DNA of 64,000 nucleotides from an uncultured Candidatus Rokubacteria bacterium (GTDB taxonomy: Bacteria; Methylomirabilota; Methylomirabilia; Rokubacteriales; DASRDR01), in the NCBI GenBank assembly GCA_963826115.1, contig CAWGVS010000005.1, positions 192,001 to 256,000 of the forward strand, read 5' to 3'. The position numbers and the translations under genes are program-made. Below are positions 9,616 through 20,533 of the stretch, piece after piece. Every line of letters begins with the position of its first letter. Position 1 is the stretch's first letter. The notes below the pieces were generated by a model. The model did not search any database, was not told where the DNA came from, and worked only from the letters and a program-made list of their open reading frames with translations.

Positions 9616-10299
9616 ATGGCGGGCGAGCGAGAGGGATCGAAGTGCTGGGGGTGCGGCGCGGTCGCGCGCGACGGGGAGGTCTGCCCCGAGTGCGGCCGGC
9701 TTCAGCCCTTCTCCGCTGGGGGCGACCACTGGACGGTGCTCGGGCTGGAGCGCCGGCTGGGACTCGATCGTCCCGATCTCGAGCGGCGCTTCCACGATCT
9801 GAACCGGCGCCTTCACCCGGACTACTTCCGGCTGCGGTCGCCGGAGGAGCAGGGTATCAGCCTGGAAGCCTCGGCGGCCGTGAACCGGGCCTATCGCGCG
9901 CTGCGCGATCCGGTCAGCCGCGTGGAGTACCTGCTGGAGCTCGAGGGGCTGGGGCTCGGAACAGCCGGGCAGGCGAAGCCGCCGGCGGATCTGTTCGAGG
10001 AGATCCTGGAGCTCCAGGAGGCGCGGATGGAGCTCCAGACTGCCGACCCCGACGAGGCGCCGGCGCTGCGCGCCCGCCTGGAAGCGTCCCGGGCGGAGCT
10101 GGAGGCCCGGCGCGCCGGGGCGGAGAGCGAGCTGACGGCCTGCTTCCCGGAGTGGGACGCGGGCGACGCCGCCACACGGCGTCGGGTGCTTGGCCGGATG
10201 CGTGACATCCTCGCGACCCGGGCATATCTCCGGACGGTCCTTCGCGACCTGGGCGCCGCGCTCGCCGTCCCAAGCGATGGAGGACCGACGGACCCATGA
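9616..10299 (+). CDS. hscB: Co-chaperone HscB with N-terminal tetracysteine domain
   Basis: J-domain LHPD, NRAYRALRDPVSRVEYLL; N-terminal CWGC...CPEC; start uncertain (9589 or 9616). Confidence 0.9.
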   Translation: MAGEREGSKCWGCGAVARDGEVCPECGRLQPFSAGGDHWTVLGLERRLGLDRPDLERRFHDLNRRLHPDYFRLRSPEEQGISLEASAAVNRAYRALRDPVSRVEYLLELEGLGLGTAGQAKPPADLFEEILELQEARMELQTADPDEAPALRARLEASRAELEARRAGAESELTACFPEWDAGDAATRRRVLGRMRDILATRAYLRTVLRDLGAALAVPSDGGPTDP

Positions 10300-12185
10300 C
10301 GGACCTGAAGATCGGCGTGGCCCCCGGGATGCGGGGCGACGCGGCAACCAAGGAGCTCGTGGTCGGGATCGACCTCGGGACCACGAACAGCCTGGTGGCG
10401 TACATGGATCGGGGCGTGCCCCAGGTGATCCGGGATGCCGATGGCCGGGGCCTCGTGCCCTCCGTCGTGGCGTTCGGGCCCACGGGCTCCGTGGTCGGCG
10501 ACGCCGCGCGCCGGATGCTCGTGCGGAACGCGGAGCGCGCGGTGTACTCCGTCAAGCGTTTCATGGGGAAAGGCTTCGAGGACGTCCGCGAAGAGCTGCG
10601 GTACTTCCCGTTCCACGTCACGCCGAGCCAGGAGATCGTCCGCATTCGGATCGGCGACCGCGAGCTCACGCCGCCCGAGATCTCGGCCCTGATCCTCCGC
10701 GAGCTGAGGACGCGTGCCGAGCGTCACTTCGGCCGTCCGGTGGAGAAGGCGGTCATCACGGTGCCCGCCTACTTCAACGACGCCCAGCGCCAGGCGACGA
10801 AGGACGCCGGCCGGATCGCCGGGCTGGACGTCCTCCGGATCGTCAACGAGCCGACTGCGGCGTGCCTCGCCTACGGGCTCCAGCGACGGAAGGAAGGCGT
10901 GATCGCCGTCTACGACCTCGGCGGCGGCACCTTCGACGTCTCGATCCTGAAGGTCAAGGACGGCATCTTCGAGGTGCTGGCGACCAACGGGGACACCCAT
11001 CTCGGCGGGGACGACTTCGACCGCGCCTTGGTGGACCTCGTCGTGGACCAGCTCCGGACCCGGCACGGTGTCGACGTCGCGGGCGAGGCGGAGACGCTCC
11101 AGGAGATCCGTCTCGGTGTGGAGGCCGCCCGCATCCTGCTGTCGAGCGAGGAGCGGACGGTCCTGACCCTCCCGCTCCCGCAGCACGACCTGACCTACCG
11201 GTGGGAGCTCAGTCGGAGCGAGATGGAGTCGGCGATCGGCCCCATCGTGTCGCGGACGCTCGGGCCCTGCCGGGCGGCCATCGCCGATTCGGGCCTGGGC
11301 CTCGAGGGGATCGACGAGGTGGTCCTGGTGGGCGGGGCCACGCGGACGCCCCTGGTGCGGCGGAGGGTGCAGGAGCTGTTCGGGCGGCCGCCTCATTCCG
11401 AGCTGAACCCCGACGAGGTCGTCGCGCTCGGCGCTGCCGTCCAGGCGGACATCCTCGCCGGCGGGACGACGCACATGCTTCTCCTCGACGTCACCCCGCT
11501 ATCGCTCGGCATCGAGACACTGGGCGGCGCCGTGAGCGTGCTGATCCCCCGCAATACCACGATCCCGACGTCCGCGAACGAGGGGTTCACGACGTCGGTG
11601 GACGGGCAGTCGGTCGTGGACATGCACGTGGTCCAGGGGGAGCGCGACCTCGCGCAGGACAACCGGAGCCTCGCGCGATTCGACCTCCGGGGCATCCCGC
11701 CCATGCCGGCGGGTCTCCCGCGCATCGAGGTGACCTTCCTGATCGACGCGAACGGCATCCTGAGCGTGACGGCGAAGGAGGTCCGGAGCGGCACCCAGGC
11801 CTCCGTCGAGGTGCGGCCGACCTACGGCCTGAGCGACGCCGAGGTCGAGCGGATGATCGACGAGTCGCTCGAGCACGCCGAGGCCGACGTCCGGGCGCGC
11901 GGGCTCATCGACGCGCGGAACGAGGCCGACACCGTGCTGCGCGCGACCGAGAAGGCTCTGGTGCAGGGGGCCGAGTTCCTCGAGGCCGAAGAGGCGGCGC
12001 GGATCCGCGAGGCCGTGGCGGCGCTCGCGCGGGCCCGCCAGGGCGAGGACGCGGACCTGATCCGGGAGGCGACGGACCGAGTGAACCACGAGACCCAGCA
12101 GCTCGCCGAGCGGCTCATGGACTCCGCCCTCCGCGAGTCCCTCCGGGAGCGCCGGGTGGCCGACCTGCCGGCGGGGGAGCGCTGA
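10296..12185 (+). CDS. hscA: Fe-S chaperone HscA (Hsp70)
   Basis: GIDLGTTNS, TVPAYFND, DLGGGTFD, EVRPTYGL; between hscB and fdx. Confidence 0.93.
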   Translation: MTDLKIGVAPGMRGDAATKELVVGIDLGTTNSLVAYMDRGVPQVIRDADGRGLVPSVVAFGPTGSVVGDAARRMLVRNAERAVYSVKRFMGKGFEDVREELRYFPFHVTPSQEIVRIRIGDRELTPPEISALILRELRTRAERHFGRPVEKAVITVPAYFNDAQRQATKDAGRIAGLDVLRIVNEPTAACLAYGLQRRKEGVIAVYDLGGGTFDVSILKVKDGIFEVLATNGDTHLGGDDFDRALVDLVVDQLRTRHGVDVAGEAETLQEIRLGVEAARILLSSEERTVLTLPLPQHDLTYRWELSRSEMESAIGPIVSRTLGPCRAAIADSGLGLEGIDEVVLVGGATRTPLVRRRVQELFGRPPHSELNPDEVVALGAAVQADILAGGTTHMLLLDVTPLSLGIETLGGAVSVLIPRNTTIPTSANEGFTTSVDGQSVVDMHVVQGERDLAQDNRSLARFDLRGIPPMPAGLPRIEVTFLIDANGILSVTAKEVRSGTQASVEVRPTYGLSDAEVERMIDESLEHAEADVRARGLIDARNEADTVLRATEKALVQGAEFLEAEEAARIREAVAALARARQGEDADLIREATDRVNHETQQLAERLMDSALRESLRERRVADLPAGER

Positions 12186-12187
12186 CC

Positions 12188-12511
12188 ATGGCCCGCTACC
12201 GGGTCACGTTCCGGCCGGCGAACGTCACGGTGGAGGTCGATGACAAGGACTTTCCGTACGGCGACCACGGGAAGCCCGGGTCACTCCTCGACATCGCCCT
12301 CCACCACGGGATCCGCCTGGACCACAACTGCGGAGGTAACTGCGCCTGCACGACGTGCCACGTCGTCGTCAAGGAGGGCGAGGAGAACCTCTCGCCCATG
12401 GAGTCCGACGAGGAGGACCGCCTCGACACCGCGACGGGCCTGACCCTCCACTCGCGGCTCGGTTGTCAGGCGATCGTGCAGGGCGACGTCGTCGTCGACG
12501 TCGTGGAGTGA
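12188..12511 (+). CDS. fdx: ISC [2Fe-2S] ferredoxin
   Basis: 3' part of ORF 10190..12511: MARYRVTF...HNCGGNCACTTCH...SRLGCQ. Confidence 0.92.
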   Translation: MARYRVTFRPANVTVEVDDKDFPYGDHGKPGSLLDIALHHGIRLDHNCGGNCACTTCHVVVKEGEENLSPMESDEEDRLDTATGLTLHSRLGCQAIVQGDVVVDVVE

Positions 12512-12524
12512 CGGACGGAGGACC

Positions 12525-12734
12525 ATGAGCATCACGTGGCAGGACACCGAGGACATCGCGATCGCGCTGGCCGAGCGCCACCCGGACACCGACCCCCTGA
12601 CGGTGCGGTTCACCGATCTCCACCGGTGGGTGACCGAGCTCCCCGGGTTCTCCGACGACCCGAAGGCGTCGACCGAGGGCAAGCTCGAGGCCATCCAGAT
12701 GGCGTGGCTCGAGGAGTTCCGCGCCAACCAGTGA
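12525..12734 (+). CDS. iscX: Fe-S assembly protein IscX
   Basis: WQDTEDIAIAL, VRFTDLHRWV, LEAIQMAW. Confidence 0.93.
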   Translation: MSITWQDTEDIAIALAERHPDTDPLTVRFTDLHRWVTELPGFSDDPKASTEGKLEAIQMAWLEEFRANQ

Positions 12735-12745
12735 GGGCGGAGGCG

Positions 12746-13009
12746 CTACCAGGTGACGACGGAGTCCGCCGCGAAGACGAGATCCAGGAGCTCGGCCGGG
12801 CCGATCGTGCCCGGGCCGATCGCGTCCGGGAGGCCCGGATGGTCGTCGCGCAGGCGGTAGACGCGGCCCGGCAGCGGCTCGACGAGCCGCACGGCGTCGT
12901 GCATCAGCACGACCGAGACCTGCATGCTCGGATCAGCCGCCTGGGCGCGGATGACCTCGAGCGCGGCCGCGTCGGCCGGATTCTTCACGAGGTGCAGGAC
13001 GTGCGCCAC
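12746..13009 (-). CDS. DsrH/TusB-like sulfur relay protein
   Basis: 87 aa, VLHLVK start, LMHDAV, LLDLVFAADSVVTW end; third gene of DsrE-like trio. Confidence 0.6.
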   Translation of the reverse strand: MAHVLHLVKNPADAAALEVIRAQAADPSMQVSVVLMHDAVRLVEPLPGRVYRLRDDHPGLPDAIGPGTIGPAELLDLVFAADSVVTW

Positions 13010-13015
13010 GGCCGG

Positions 13016-13378
13016 CTAGAACACGAGCGCCCGGCGGCTCTCGGCGAGGAGGCCGGCGAGCGCGGCCCGGTCGAGCGGCACCAGCGGGAGCCCGAGCGGG
13101 TTCCAGCCCGGGTCCGTCCGCCAGGCGTCCCGCTCGACGTGGAACGCCTGGCCCAGCTTCTTGAGCGTGCCGAGGTGCCGCAGGAGATCCTCCCCGTCCA
13201 CGTAGTCCTCGACGTCCGCATCGAGGACCTTGGCGCCCGCGCCGAGGAGCGCGATCGTCACGGCGTTCTCGCCCGCGAGGATGCCGAGCGCGATTCGCAC
13301 CGCCTCGTTGGCGCGATGGGACGTCTCGGGGTCGACGGACACGGCGACGAGGACGGGGTGCTGGGTCTCGGTCGTCAC
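13016..13378 (-). CDS. DsrF/TusC-like protein
   Basis: 120 aa, DPETSHRANEAVRIALG, ends ESRRALVF; no Cys. Confidence 0.6.
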   Translation of the reverse strand: MTTETQHPVLVAVSVDPETSHRANEAVRIALGILAGENAVTIALLGAGAKVLDADVEDYVDGEDLLRHLGTLKKLGQAFHVERDAWRTDPGWNPLGLPLVPLDRAALAGLLAESRRALVF

Positions 13379-13405
13379 GGGAGGTCGGCGGCGCGGCGGG
13401 TGCCG

Positions 13406-13744
13406 TCAGTTGAGCGCGACGAAGCGCTCGGTGCCGTTGATGAGGTCCGTGAGGACGACGAGGCCGCAGTATGTCGCCTTGTCCGTGATCGGCAGGCGGC
13501 GGCGCTGGCAGCCGTAGGCGCAGACGAAGAGCTTCGCGCCGCGACGGCCGAGCTCCAGCACGCGCTCGTCGTCGATGTTGCGGACGCCGTCGTCCACCAT
13601 GTAGAGGTACAGGTCCACGCCACGGTCGAGGGCCGCGCGGGCGAGCCCCAGCCCCGTCTCGAGATTGGGGTGACCCGGGTCGGTGGAGAGGAGCATTCCG
13701 AGCTTCCGGCCGCGCAGATCCCGTCTCGCGACCTCGACGCTCAT
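13406..13744 (-). CDS. DsrE/TusD-like sulfurtransferase
   Basis: LYLYMVDDGV, LFVCAYGC, GLVVLTDLINGTERFVALN. Confidence 0.75.
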   Translation of the reverse strand: MSVEVARRDLRGRKLGMLLSTDPGHPNLETGLGLARAALDRGVDLYLYMVDDGVRNIDDERVLELGRRGAKLFVCAYGCQRRRLPITDKATYCGLVVLTDLINGTERFVALN

Positions 13745-13836
13745 TGCGCGTCAACGCTAACATTCGGTCGATACGCTGTCAACGCGCGGAGCCTCGCGCG
13801 GCGGCGTGGCGACCGCAGAACGAGGTGAAGAACGTC

Positions 13837-14991
13837 ATGCGACGCGTCTATCTCGATCACAACGCCTCCACGCCGGTGCACCCCGACGTCCTGGCGGCGA
13901 TGATGCCCTACTTCTCGGAGCGCTTCGGCAACGCGTCGAGCATCCACGGCTTCGGCCGGGAGGCCCGAGAAGGCATCGACGTCGCGCGGGAGAGCATCGC
14001 GCGCTTCCTCGGCGTCACGCCGGACGAGATCGTGTTCACGTCGGGCGGCACGGAGTCCGACAACCTCGCGGTCAAGGGCGTGGCGGGCGCGCGCCCGGGC
14101 GGGCACATCATCTCGACCGTGGTCGAGCACCACGCGCTTCTGCGGACCTGCCAGGCGCTGGAGAAGACTGGCCACGCGGTGACGTACCTACCCGTCGACG
14201 GGGATGGGCTGGTGGATCCGGACGACGTGCGCCGGGCGATCCGACCGGACACGATCCTGATCTCCATCCAGACGGCGAACAGCGAGACCGGCACCCTGAT
14301 GCCGTTCGCGGAGATCGGGCGCATCGCGGCCGAGCGCAACATCCCGTTCCACGCCGACGGGGTCCAGACCTTCGGCAAGATCCCCATCTCGCCGCGGGAG
14401 ACCGGGCTCACCCTCATGTCGATGTCGGGGCACAAGATCTACGGGCCGAAGGGCATCGGCGCCCTCTACATCGCCAAGGGCACCCGCATGGTGTCGGTCC
14501 AGCACGGCGGAGACCACGAGCGGCGGCGTCGGGCCGGCACCGAGCACGTCCCCGGCATCGTGGGGTTCGGCAAGGCGGTCGAGCTTCGGGCCCTCCACAT
14601 GGCCGAGGAGGCCGTGCGGGTGACCGGGCTGCGCGATCGGCTGTGGGAGGGCGTGCGGCGCAGCGTGGCGGACGTCCGGCTGAACGGCCATCCCACGCGC
14701 CGGCTGCCCGGCACGCTGAACATGAGCTTCCGCGGCATCGAGGCGGAGTCGATCATCCTGGGGCTCGATCTCAAGGGCATCGGGACGTCGGCGGGCTCGG
14801 CGTGCACCTCCGGGAGCCTCGAGCCGTCTTACGTGATCACGGCCATGGGCATCCCGGTGGACTGGGCGCTCGGCGCGGTGCGGACGTCACTCGGCGCGAG
14901 CACGACGACGGAGGACATCGACTACGTCCTCGACATCCTGGCGCCGCTCGTCCGGAAGATCAGGGCCATGTCGCCGGCCGGGGCGGCCTAG
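13837..14991 (+). CDS. Second group I cysteine desulfurase (NifS/IscS-like)
   Basis: MRRVYLDHNAST, GHKIYGPKGIG, SAGSACTS. Confidence 0.92.
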   Translation: MRRVYLDHNASTPVHPDVLAAMMPYFSERFGNASSIHGFGREAREGIDVARESIARFLGVTPDEIVFTSGGTESDNLAVKGVAGARPGGHIISTVVEHHALLRTCQALEKTGHAVTYLPVDGDGLVDPDDVRRAIRPDTILISIQTANSETGTLMPFAEIGRIAAERNIPFHADGVQTFGKIPISPRETGLTLMSMSGHKIYGPKGIGALYIAKGTRMVSVQHGGDHERRRRAGTEHVPGIVGFGKAVELRALHMAEEAVRVTGLRDRLWEGVRRSVADVRLNGHPTRRLPGTLNMSFRGIEAESIILGLDLKGIGTSAGSACTSGSLEPSYVITAMGIPVDWALGAVRTSLGASTTTEDIDYVLDILAPLVRKIRAMSPAGAA

Positions 14992-15016
14992 GGAGCCGGC
15001 GGCCCGCCGCGCGACG

Positions 15017-15403
15017 ATGTACAGCGAGACGCTCCTCGACCACTTCCGTGAGCCCCGCAACGTCGGGATGATGCGGAGTCCCGACGCGGTCGGCGAGAGC
15101 GAGGACCCGCGCTGCCGGGACCTGGCGCGCTTCTACCTCCGCATCGAGAACGACCGGGTGCGCGAGGCGCGGTTCCTGACCTACGGCTGCGGGCCGTCCA
15201 TCGCGGCGTCGAGCATCGCCACGGAGCTGGTCCGCGACCGGCCGGTCGACGCGCTCGGGGAGCTGACGCCCGAGGCCGTGGAGTCGGCCCTGGGCGGGCT
15301 GCCGGAGGACCGGCGGCACGCGGCGACGATGGTGGTCGATGCGCTCAGGAGCGCCCTCCGGCACTACCGGGCGGGCGCGCCCCGGGAGACGAGCCATGCT
15401 TGA
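15017..15403 (+). CDS. IscU/NifU_N-like protein, two-Cys variant
   Basis: [37 protein letters not shown] (HA instead of HC). Confidence 0.8.
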   Translation: MYSETLLDHFREPRNVGMMRSPDAVGESEDPRCRDLARFYLRIENDRVREARFLTYGCGPSIAASSIATELVRDRPVDALGELTPEAVESALGGLPEDRRHAATMVVDALRSALRHYRAGAPRETSHA

Positions 15404-16073
15404 GGCGTTCCGGCGAGACGTGACGGCGGCGATGGAACGCGACCCCGCGGTGCGGAGTCGGCTCGAGGTCGTGCTCTGCTATCCGGGCGTCCACGCGCTC
15501 GCCTTCCACCGTCTGGCGCACGGGCTCTGGCGGCGCCAGTGGTGGGTCCTGGCGCGGGTCGTGTCCCACGTCTCGAGGTTCCTGACGGGCATCGAGATCC
15601 ACCCGGGCGCCCGCATTGGCTCCGGCGTGTTCATCGACCACGGCATGGGCCTGGTGATCGGCGAGACCGCGGAGGTCGGCGACGACGTCACCCTCTACCA
15701 GGGCGTGACCCTCGGCGGCACCAGCCTGAAGCGCGAGAAGCGGCATCCCACGCTCGAGCGCGACGTCGTCGTCGGCACCGGCGCGGCGGTGATCGGCGCG
15801 ATCCGGGTGGGAGAGGGGGCCCGCATCGGCGCGGGTTCGGTCGTGGTGACGGAGGTCCCGCCGAACTCCGTCGTGGTCGGCGTTCCGGGCAAGGTGATCT
15901 ACCGCGACGGCCAGAAGGTCGCGCCGCGCCTCGATCTCGAGCACGCGGATCTTCCTGATCCCCTGACCAAGGCGGTCGAGCAGATGCTCGATCGCATCCA
16001 CGCCCTCGAGGCCGAGGTCCGGTCGCTTCGGCGCGCGGTCGACCAGCCAGTGGAGCCCGACACCCGCCCGTGA
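15396..16073 (+). CDS. cysE: Serine O-acetyltransferase
   Basis: [30 protein letters not shown], hexapeptide repeats. Confidence 0.93.
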   Translation: MLEAFRRDVTAAMERDPAVRSRLEVVLCYPGVHALAFHRLAHGLWRRQWWVLARVVSHVSRFLTGIEIHPGARIGSGVFIDHGMGLVIGETAEVGDDVTLYQGVTLGGTSLKREKRHPTLERDVVVGTGAAVIGAIRVGEGARIGAGSVVVTEVPPNSVVVGVPGKVIYRDGQKVAPRLDLEHADLPDPLTKAVEQMLDRIHALEAEVRSLRRAVDQPVEPDTRP

Positions 16074-16128
16074 CGGGGGCGCGCCGGCCGCGACCGGTCC
16101 GCTCGCGATCCGGAAGGCGTCCCTCGAC

Positions 16129-17394
<1,266 letters not shown>

Positions 17395-17444
17395 CGGGCG
17401 CGCAGCCTCGCGCCGCCCCACCGCGCTCGGCGCCCGGCCTGACG

Positions 17445-17474
17445 TTGGCGCTCGCGGCGGCACCGCGATAGAAT
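17445..17474 (+). promoter_or_regulatory. Putative sigma70 promoter giving a leaderless mRNA
   Basis: TTGGCG, 18 nt, TAGAAT (17469-17474), 6 nt before ATG 17481, no SD. Confidence 0.5.
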
Positions 17475-17480
17475 CGGCGC

Positions 17481-18236
17481 ATGGAACGCCCGATCGCGTA
17501 CGACAAGCTGGCTCGCGAGGACCGCTTCGTCAGGATGCGCGCCCGCCGGGTGGGGGACATCCGGGCCGAGCAGGGCCTGCCGCGGATGCCCGATCTGTCG
17601 TCGGTCGAGTCGATCCGAGAGCGCGTCCACGGGATCCTCGTCGGGGAGCTTCAGGCGATGGAGGGGGCGGGCCGCACGGTCTATGACTTCCCGGACGCGC
17701 CGTGGGAGTTCACCATGGACATGGCGCGCCAGACCTGGGACGAGTCGCGCCACGTCGAGGTGTTCAGCCGCCTCCTGGAGCATCTCGGCGGCTACATCGG
17801 CGAGTTCCCCGAGACGACGATTCTCTGGCGGTGCGCCTGCGCGGAGGACGCCGCGGCGCGTGTGGCGGGCGTGAACCGGGGGCTCGAGGGCCTCGCCTGC
17901 GACGTGTTTGCCCAGCTGGTCGAGATCGCCCGGCGCCTGCCGGACCCGACGATCGCGCAGTCGGTGGACTACGTCCTGGCCGACGAGATCACTCACGTCC
18001 GGATGGGCTCCTACTGGCTGAACAAGCTGACCGAGGGCGATCCGGAGCGCCGCCAGCGAGCCGTCGAGTTCCAGGAGTCCATCGACGACCGGTTCAACCT
18101 GGGCGGCATGCGGCGCGAGGGCCGGGCCGACGAGGTCCCGATCGCGATCGCCACCGAGTATCGGAAGCTGGCCGGCTTCACCGACGAAGAGATCGACCGT
18201 CTCGTCAAGAGCACGCAGCGCAGTCCCGTCTACTAG
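17481..18236 (+). CDS. Ferritin-like diiron protein (DUF455-like)
   Basis: ELQAME, WDESRH, LEGLACD, ADEITH ligand pattern. Confidence 0.75.
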   Translation: MERPIAYDKLAREDRFVRMRARRVGDIRAEQGLPRMPDLSSVESIRERVHGILVGELQAMEGAGRTVYDFPDAPWEFTMDMARQTWDESRHVEVFSRLLEHLGGYIGEFPETTILWRCACAEDAAARVAGVNRGLEGLACDVFAQLVEIARRLPDPTIAQSVDYVLADEITHVRMGSYWLNKLTEGDPERRQRAVEFQESIDDRFNLGGMRREGRADEVPIAIATEYRKLAGFTDEEIDRLVKSTQRSPVY

Positions 18237-18239
18237 CCC

Positions 18240-18845
18240 GTGACCGAGGTCTCGCCCGCGCCCCCGGACCAGCCTGCCCAGGAGCTGGCCGGGCACCTGG
18301 GCGTCGAAGCCACCGCCCGCCGCGTGCGCCACTATCGCTACGCCGAGGAGCGGATGATGCGCGTGATGGCCGGCTGGATCGCGCTCACGCCCGAGCTTCC
18401 CGCGAAGCTGCTCCTGGGCCGCCAGGTCTGGGACTGCGCCCAGCACACGGACCAATGGGGGAAGCGCCTGCCGGAGCTCCGGGCGCCGGCCCAGGTGTCC
18501 GAGCCGCCGAGCCCCGAGTTCGTGCGCTTCCTGGACCTCCTCGAGAGCCGCGAGGCGTGGTCGGAGACGCTCGAGCGGCTGACCGGCGTCTACCGCGTCC
18601 TGAAGCCCCACCTCGTCGCCGTCTACGCCGCCCACCTGGATCGGGTGAACCCGGTGTACGAGCCGCCCACGCGCCGGATCCTGGAGCGTTGCCTCGCCGA
18701 CGAGCGGCGCCACGTGGCCGACGGCGAGGCCGTGCTGGATGCCCTCGCGCGGTCCCCGGAGGCTCGAGCGCGGATCACGGCGTGGGAGCGCGAGCTCCGC
18801 GACCGGCTGGACGCCTCCGGCGGCGTGACCGGGACCTCGGCGTGA
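18240..18845 (+). CDS. Second ferritin-like helical protein (partial ligand set)
   Basis: YAEE, WDCAQH, ADERRH motifs. Confidence 0.6.
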   Translation: MTEVSPAPPDQPAQELAGHLGVEATARRVRHYRYAEERMMRVMAGWIALTPELPAKLLLGRQVWDCAQHTDQWGKRLPELRAPAQVSEPPSPEFVRFLDLLESREAWSETLERLTGVYRVLKPHLVAVYAAHLDRVNPVYEPPTRRILERCLADERRHVADGEAVLDALARSPEARARITAWERELRDRLDASGGVTGTSA

Positions 18846-18850
18846 CGAGC

Positions 18851-19192
18851 ATGGGAGTGGACGAGGCGACCCGGAGTCACGCCGAGCGCGTCGTCCGGCG
18901 GGACTCACGGGCGCGCCAGGACCTCGCGCCCGGAGCGGAGATGACGCCGCCGGACCTCGTCGACTGGCTGCTGGGCCACCCCTTCGAGCGTTTCGAGCTC
19001 GTCGCCCACGCACGGATCGGCGCGCACCACATCTTCAAGACGAAGTTCGTCGGACCGACGACCGTGGTGGTCCAGGCGCGGTGGGCCGCCGGGGCCGACG
19101 GGCACTGGCAGATCCGCGAGGCCGAGGTCACCCGGACGGAGGGCGCTCCGGCCGGCGCGCTCCGCCCGGCGTCGCGGCCCGGGGAGGTCTGA
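18851..19192 (+). CDS. Small hypothetical protein, possibly NTF2-like fold
   Basis: 3' part of ORF 17702..19192; fills gap between operon genes; beta-rich C-terminal half (VVVQARW...WQIREAEV); alternative start GTG 18842. Confidence 0.55.
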   Translation: MGVDEATRSHAERVVRRDSRARQDLAPGAEMTPPDLVDWLLGHPFERFELVAHARIGAHHIFKTKFVGPTTVVVQARWAAGADGHWQIREAEVTRTEGAPAGALRPASRPGEV

Positions 19193-19194
19193 CC

Positions 19195-20529
19195 CTGTTC
19201 GGCACCGTCCTGATTGCGAACCGCGGCGAGATCGCCCTCCGGATCATCCGCGCCTGCCGGAAGGTCGGCGCCCGGCCCGTCGCGGTGTACTCGGAGGCCG
19301 ACGCCGGCGCGCTGCATGTGCGGGCGGCCGACCGCGCGCTCCTGATCGGGCCGGCGCCCGCCCGCGAGAGCTACCTTGCGATCGAGCGCGTCGTCGCCGC
19401 GGCGCGGGAGGCGGGGGCGGACGCTATCCATCCGGGCTATGGCTTCCTGTCGGAGAACTGGCGGTTTGCGGAGGCGTGCCGGAAGGCCGGGCTCGTTTTC
19501 GTGGGGCCGCCGCCCGACGTTCTGCGGACCATGGGCCAGAAGACGGAGGCGCGCCGCCTGGTCGCCCGGGCCGGCGTGTCGGTCCTTCCCGGCTCCGACG
19601 GCCCCGTCGCGAGCGCGGGTGCCGCCCGCGAGGTGGCCGACGCCATCGGGTACCCGGTCATGCTGAAGGCGGCCGCCGGCGGAGGCGGGATCGGTATGGC
19701 GCTGGTCCCCGGCCCGGAGCGTCTCGAGGCGGCGTTCGCGGCCGCCGAGCGGCGAGCGGGGTCCGCGTTCGGGGACGCGGCGGTCTACGTCGAACGGGCC
19801 GTCGAGCGGCCCCGGCACGTCGAGGTGCAGGTCCTGGCGGACGAGCACGGCATGCTCGTCCACCTCTTCGAGCGGGACTGCTCGATCCAGCGCCGGCACC
19901 AGAAGCTGGTCGAGGAGTCACCGGCCCCCGGGCTCGACGCGGGGCTCCGGGCGCGCCTCCACGCGGCGGGCATCCGGGTGGCGGTTACGGCGGGCTACCG
20001 GAACGCCGGCACGGTCGAGTTCCTGGTGGAGGGGGACCACTTCTACTTCCTCGAGATGAACACCCGGCTCCAGGTGGAGCATCCGGTGACGGAGGAGGTC
20101 GTCGGGCGCGATCTCGTGGAGGCGCAGCTCCGGATCGCCGCGGGCGACCGGCTCGGGTGGTCCCAGGCCGACGTGGAGCTCCGGGGTGCGGCGGTCGAGT
20201 GTCGGATCTACGCGGAAGATCCGGACCGGAGCTTCCTGCCGTCGCCCGGCACCGTCACGGCGCTGGAGCTGCCCGAGGGGCCGGGGATCCGTCACGAGTG
20301 CGGCGTGGAGCCGGGCAGCACGGTCACCGTGCACTACGACCCGCTCCTGGCAAAGGTCATCGCCGCCGGCCGGGACCGTGGCGAGGCGCTGGACCGGATG
20401 GCGGATGCCCTGGAGCGCTACCGTGTCGAGGGCGTGAAGACGACCCTCCCGCTCCATCGACGGATCCTGGCGAGCCTGGCGTTCCGGGCTGGCGCGGTGC
20501 ACACCCGATTTCTCGAGGGAGGACTCTAG
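19195..20529 (+). CDS. Biotin carboxylase subunit
   Basis: LIANRGEIA, HPGYGFLSEN, GGGGIGM, ERDCSIQRRHQK, EMNTRLQVEHPVTE; probable CTG start. Confidence 0.93.
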   Translation: MFGTVLIANRGEIALRIIRACRKVGARPVAVYSEADAGALHVRAADRALLIGPAPARESYLAIERVVAAAREAGADAIHPGYGFLSENWRFAEACRKAGLVFVGPPPDVLRTMGQKTEARRLVARAGVSVLPGSDGPVASAGAAREVADAIGYPVMLKAAAGGGGIGMALVPGPERLEAAFAAAERRAGSAFGDAAVYVERAVERPRHVEVQVLADEHGMLVHLFERDCSIQRRHQKLVEESPAPGLDAGLRARLHAAGIRVAVTAGYRNAGTVEFLVEGDHFYFLEMNTRLQVEHPVTEEVVGRDLVEAQLRIAAGDRLGWSQADVELRGAAVECRIYAEDPDRSFLPSPGTVTALELPEGPGIRHECGVEPGSTVTVHYDPLLAKVIAAGRDRGEALDRMADALERYRVEGVKTTLPLHRRILASLAFRAGAVHTRFLEGGL

Positions 20530-20533
20530 GACG

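Noticed and set aside
10190-12511. 773 aa ORF as a large ferredoxin fusion
   Set aside because: Only the last 107 aa are ferredoxin; the rest is an off-frame overlap of hscA
12746-13744. Evidence of dissimilatory sulfur oxidation
   Set aside because: No dsrAB, dsrC or sox genes in the window; DsrE-like folds are widespread
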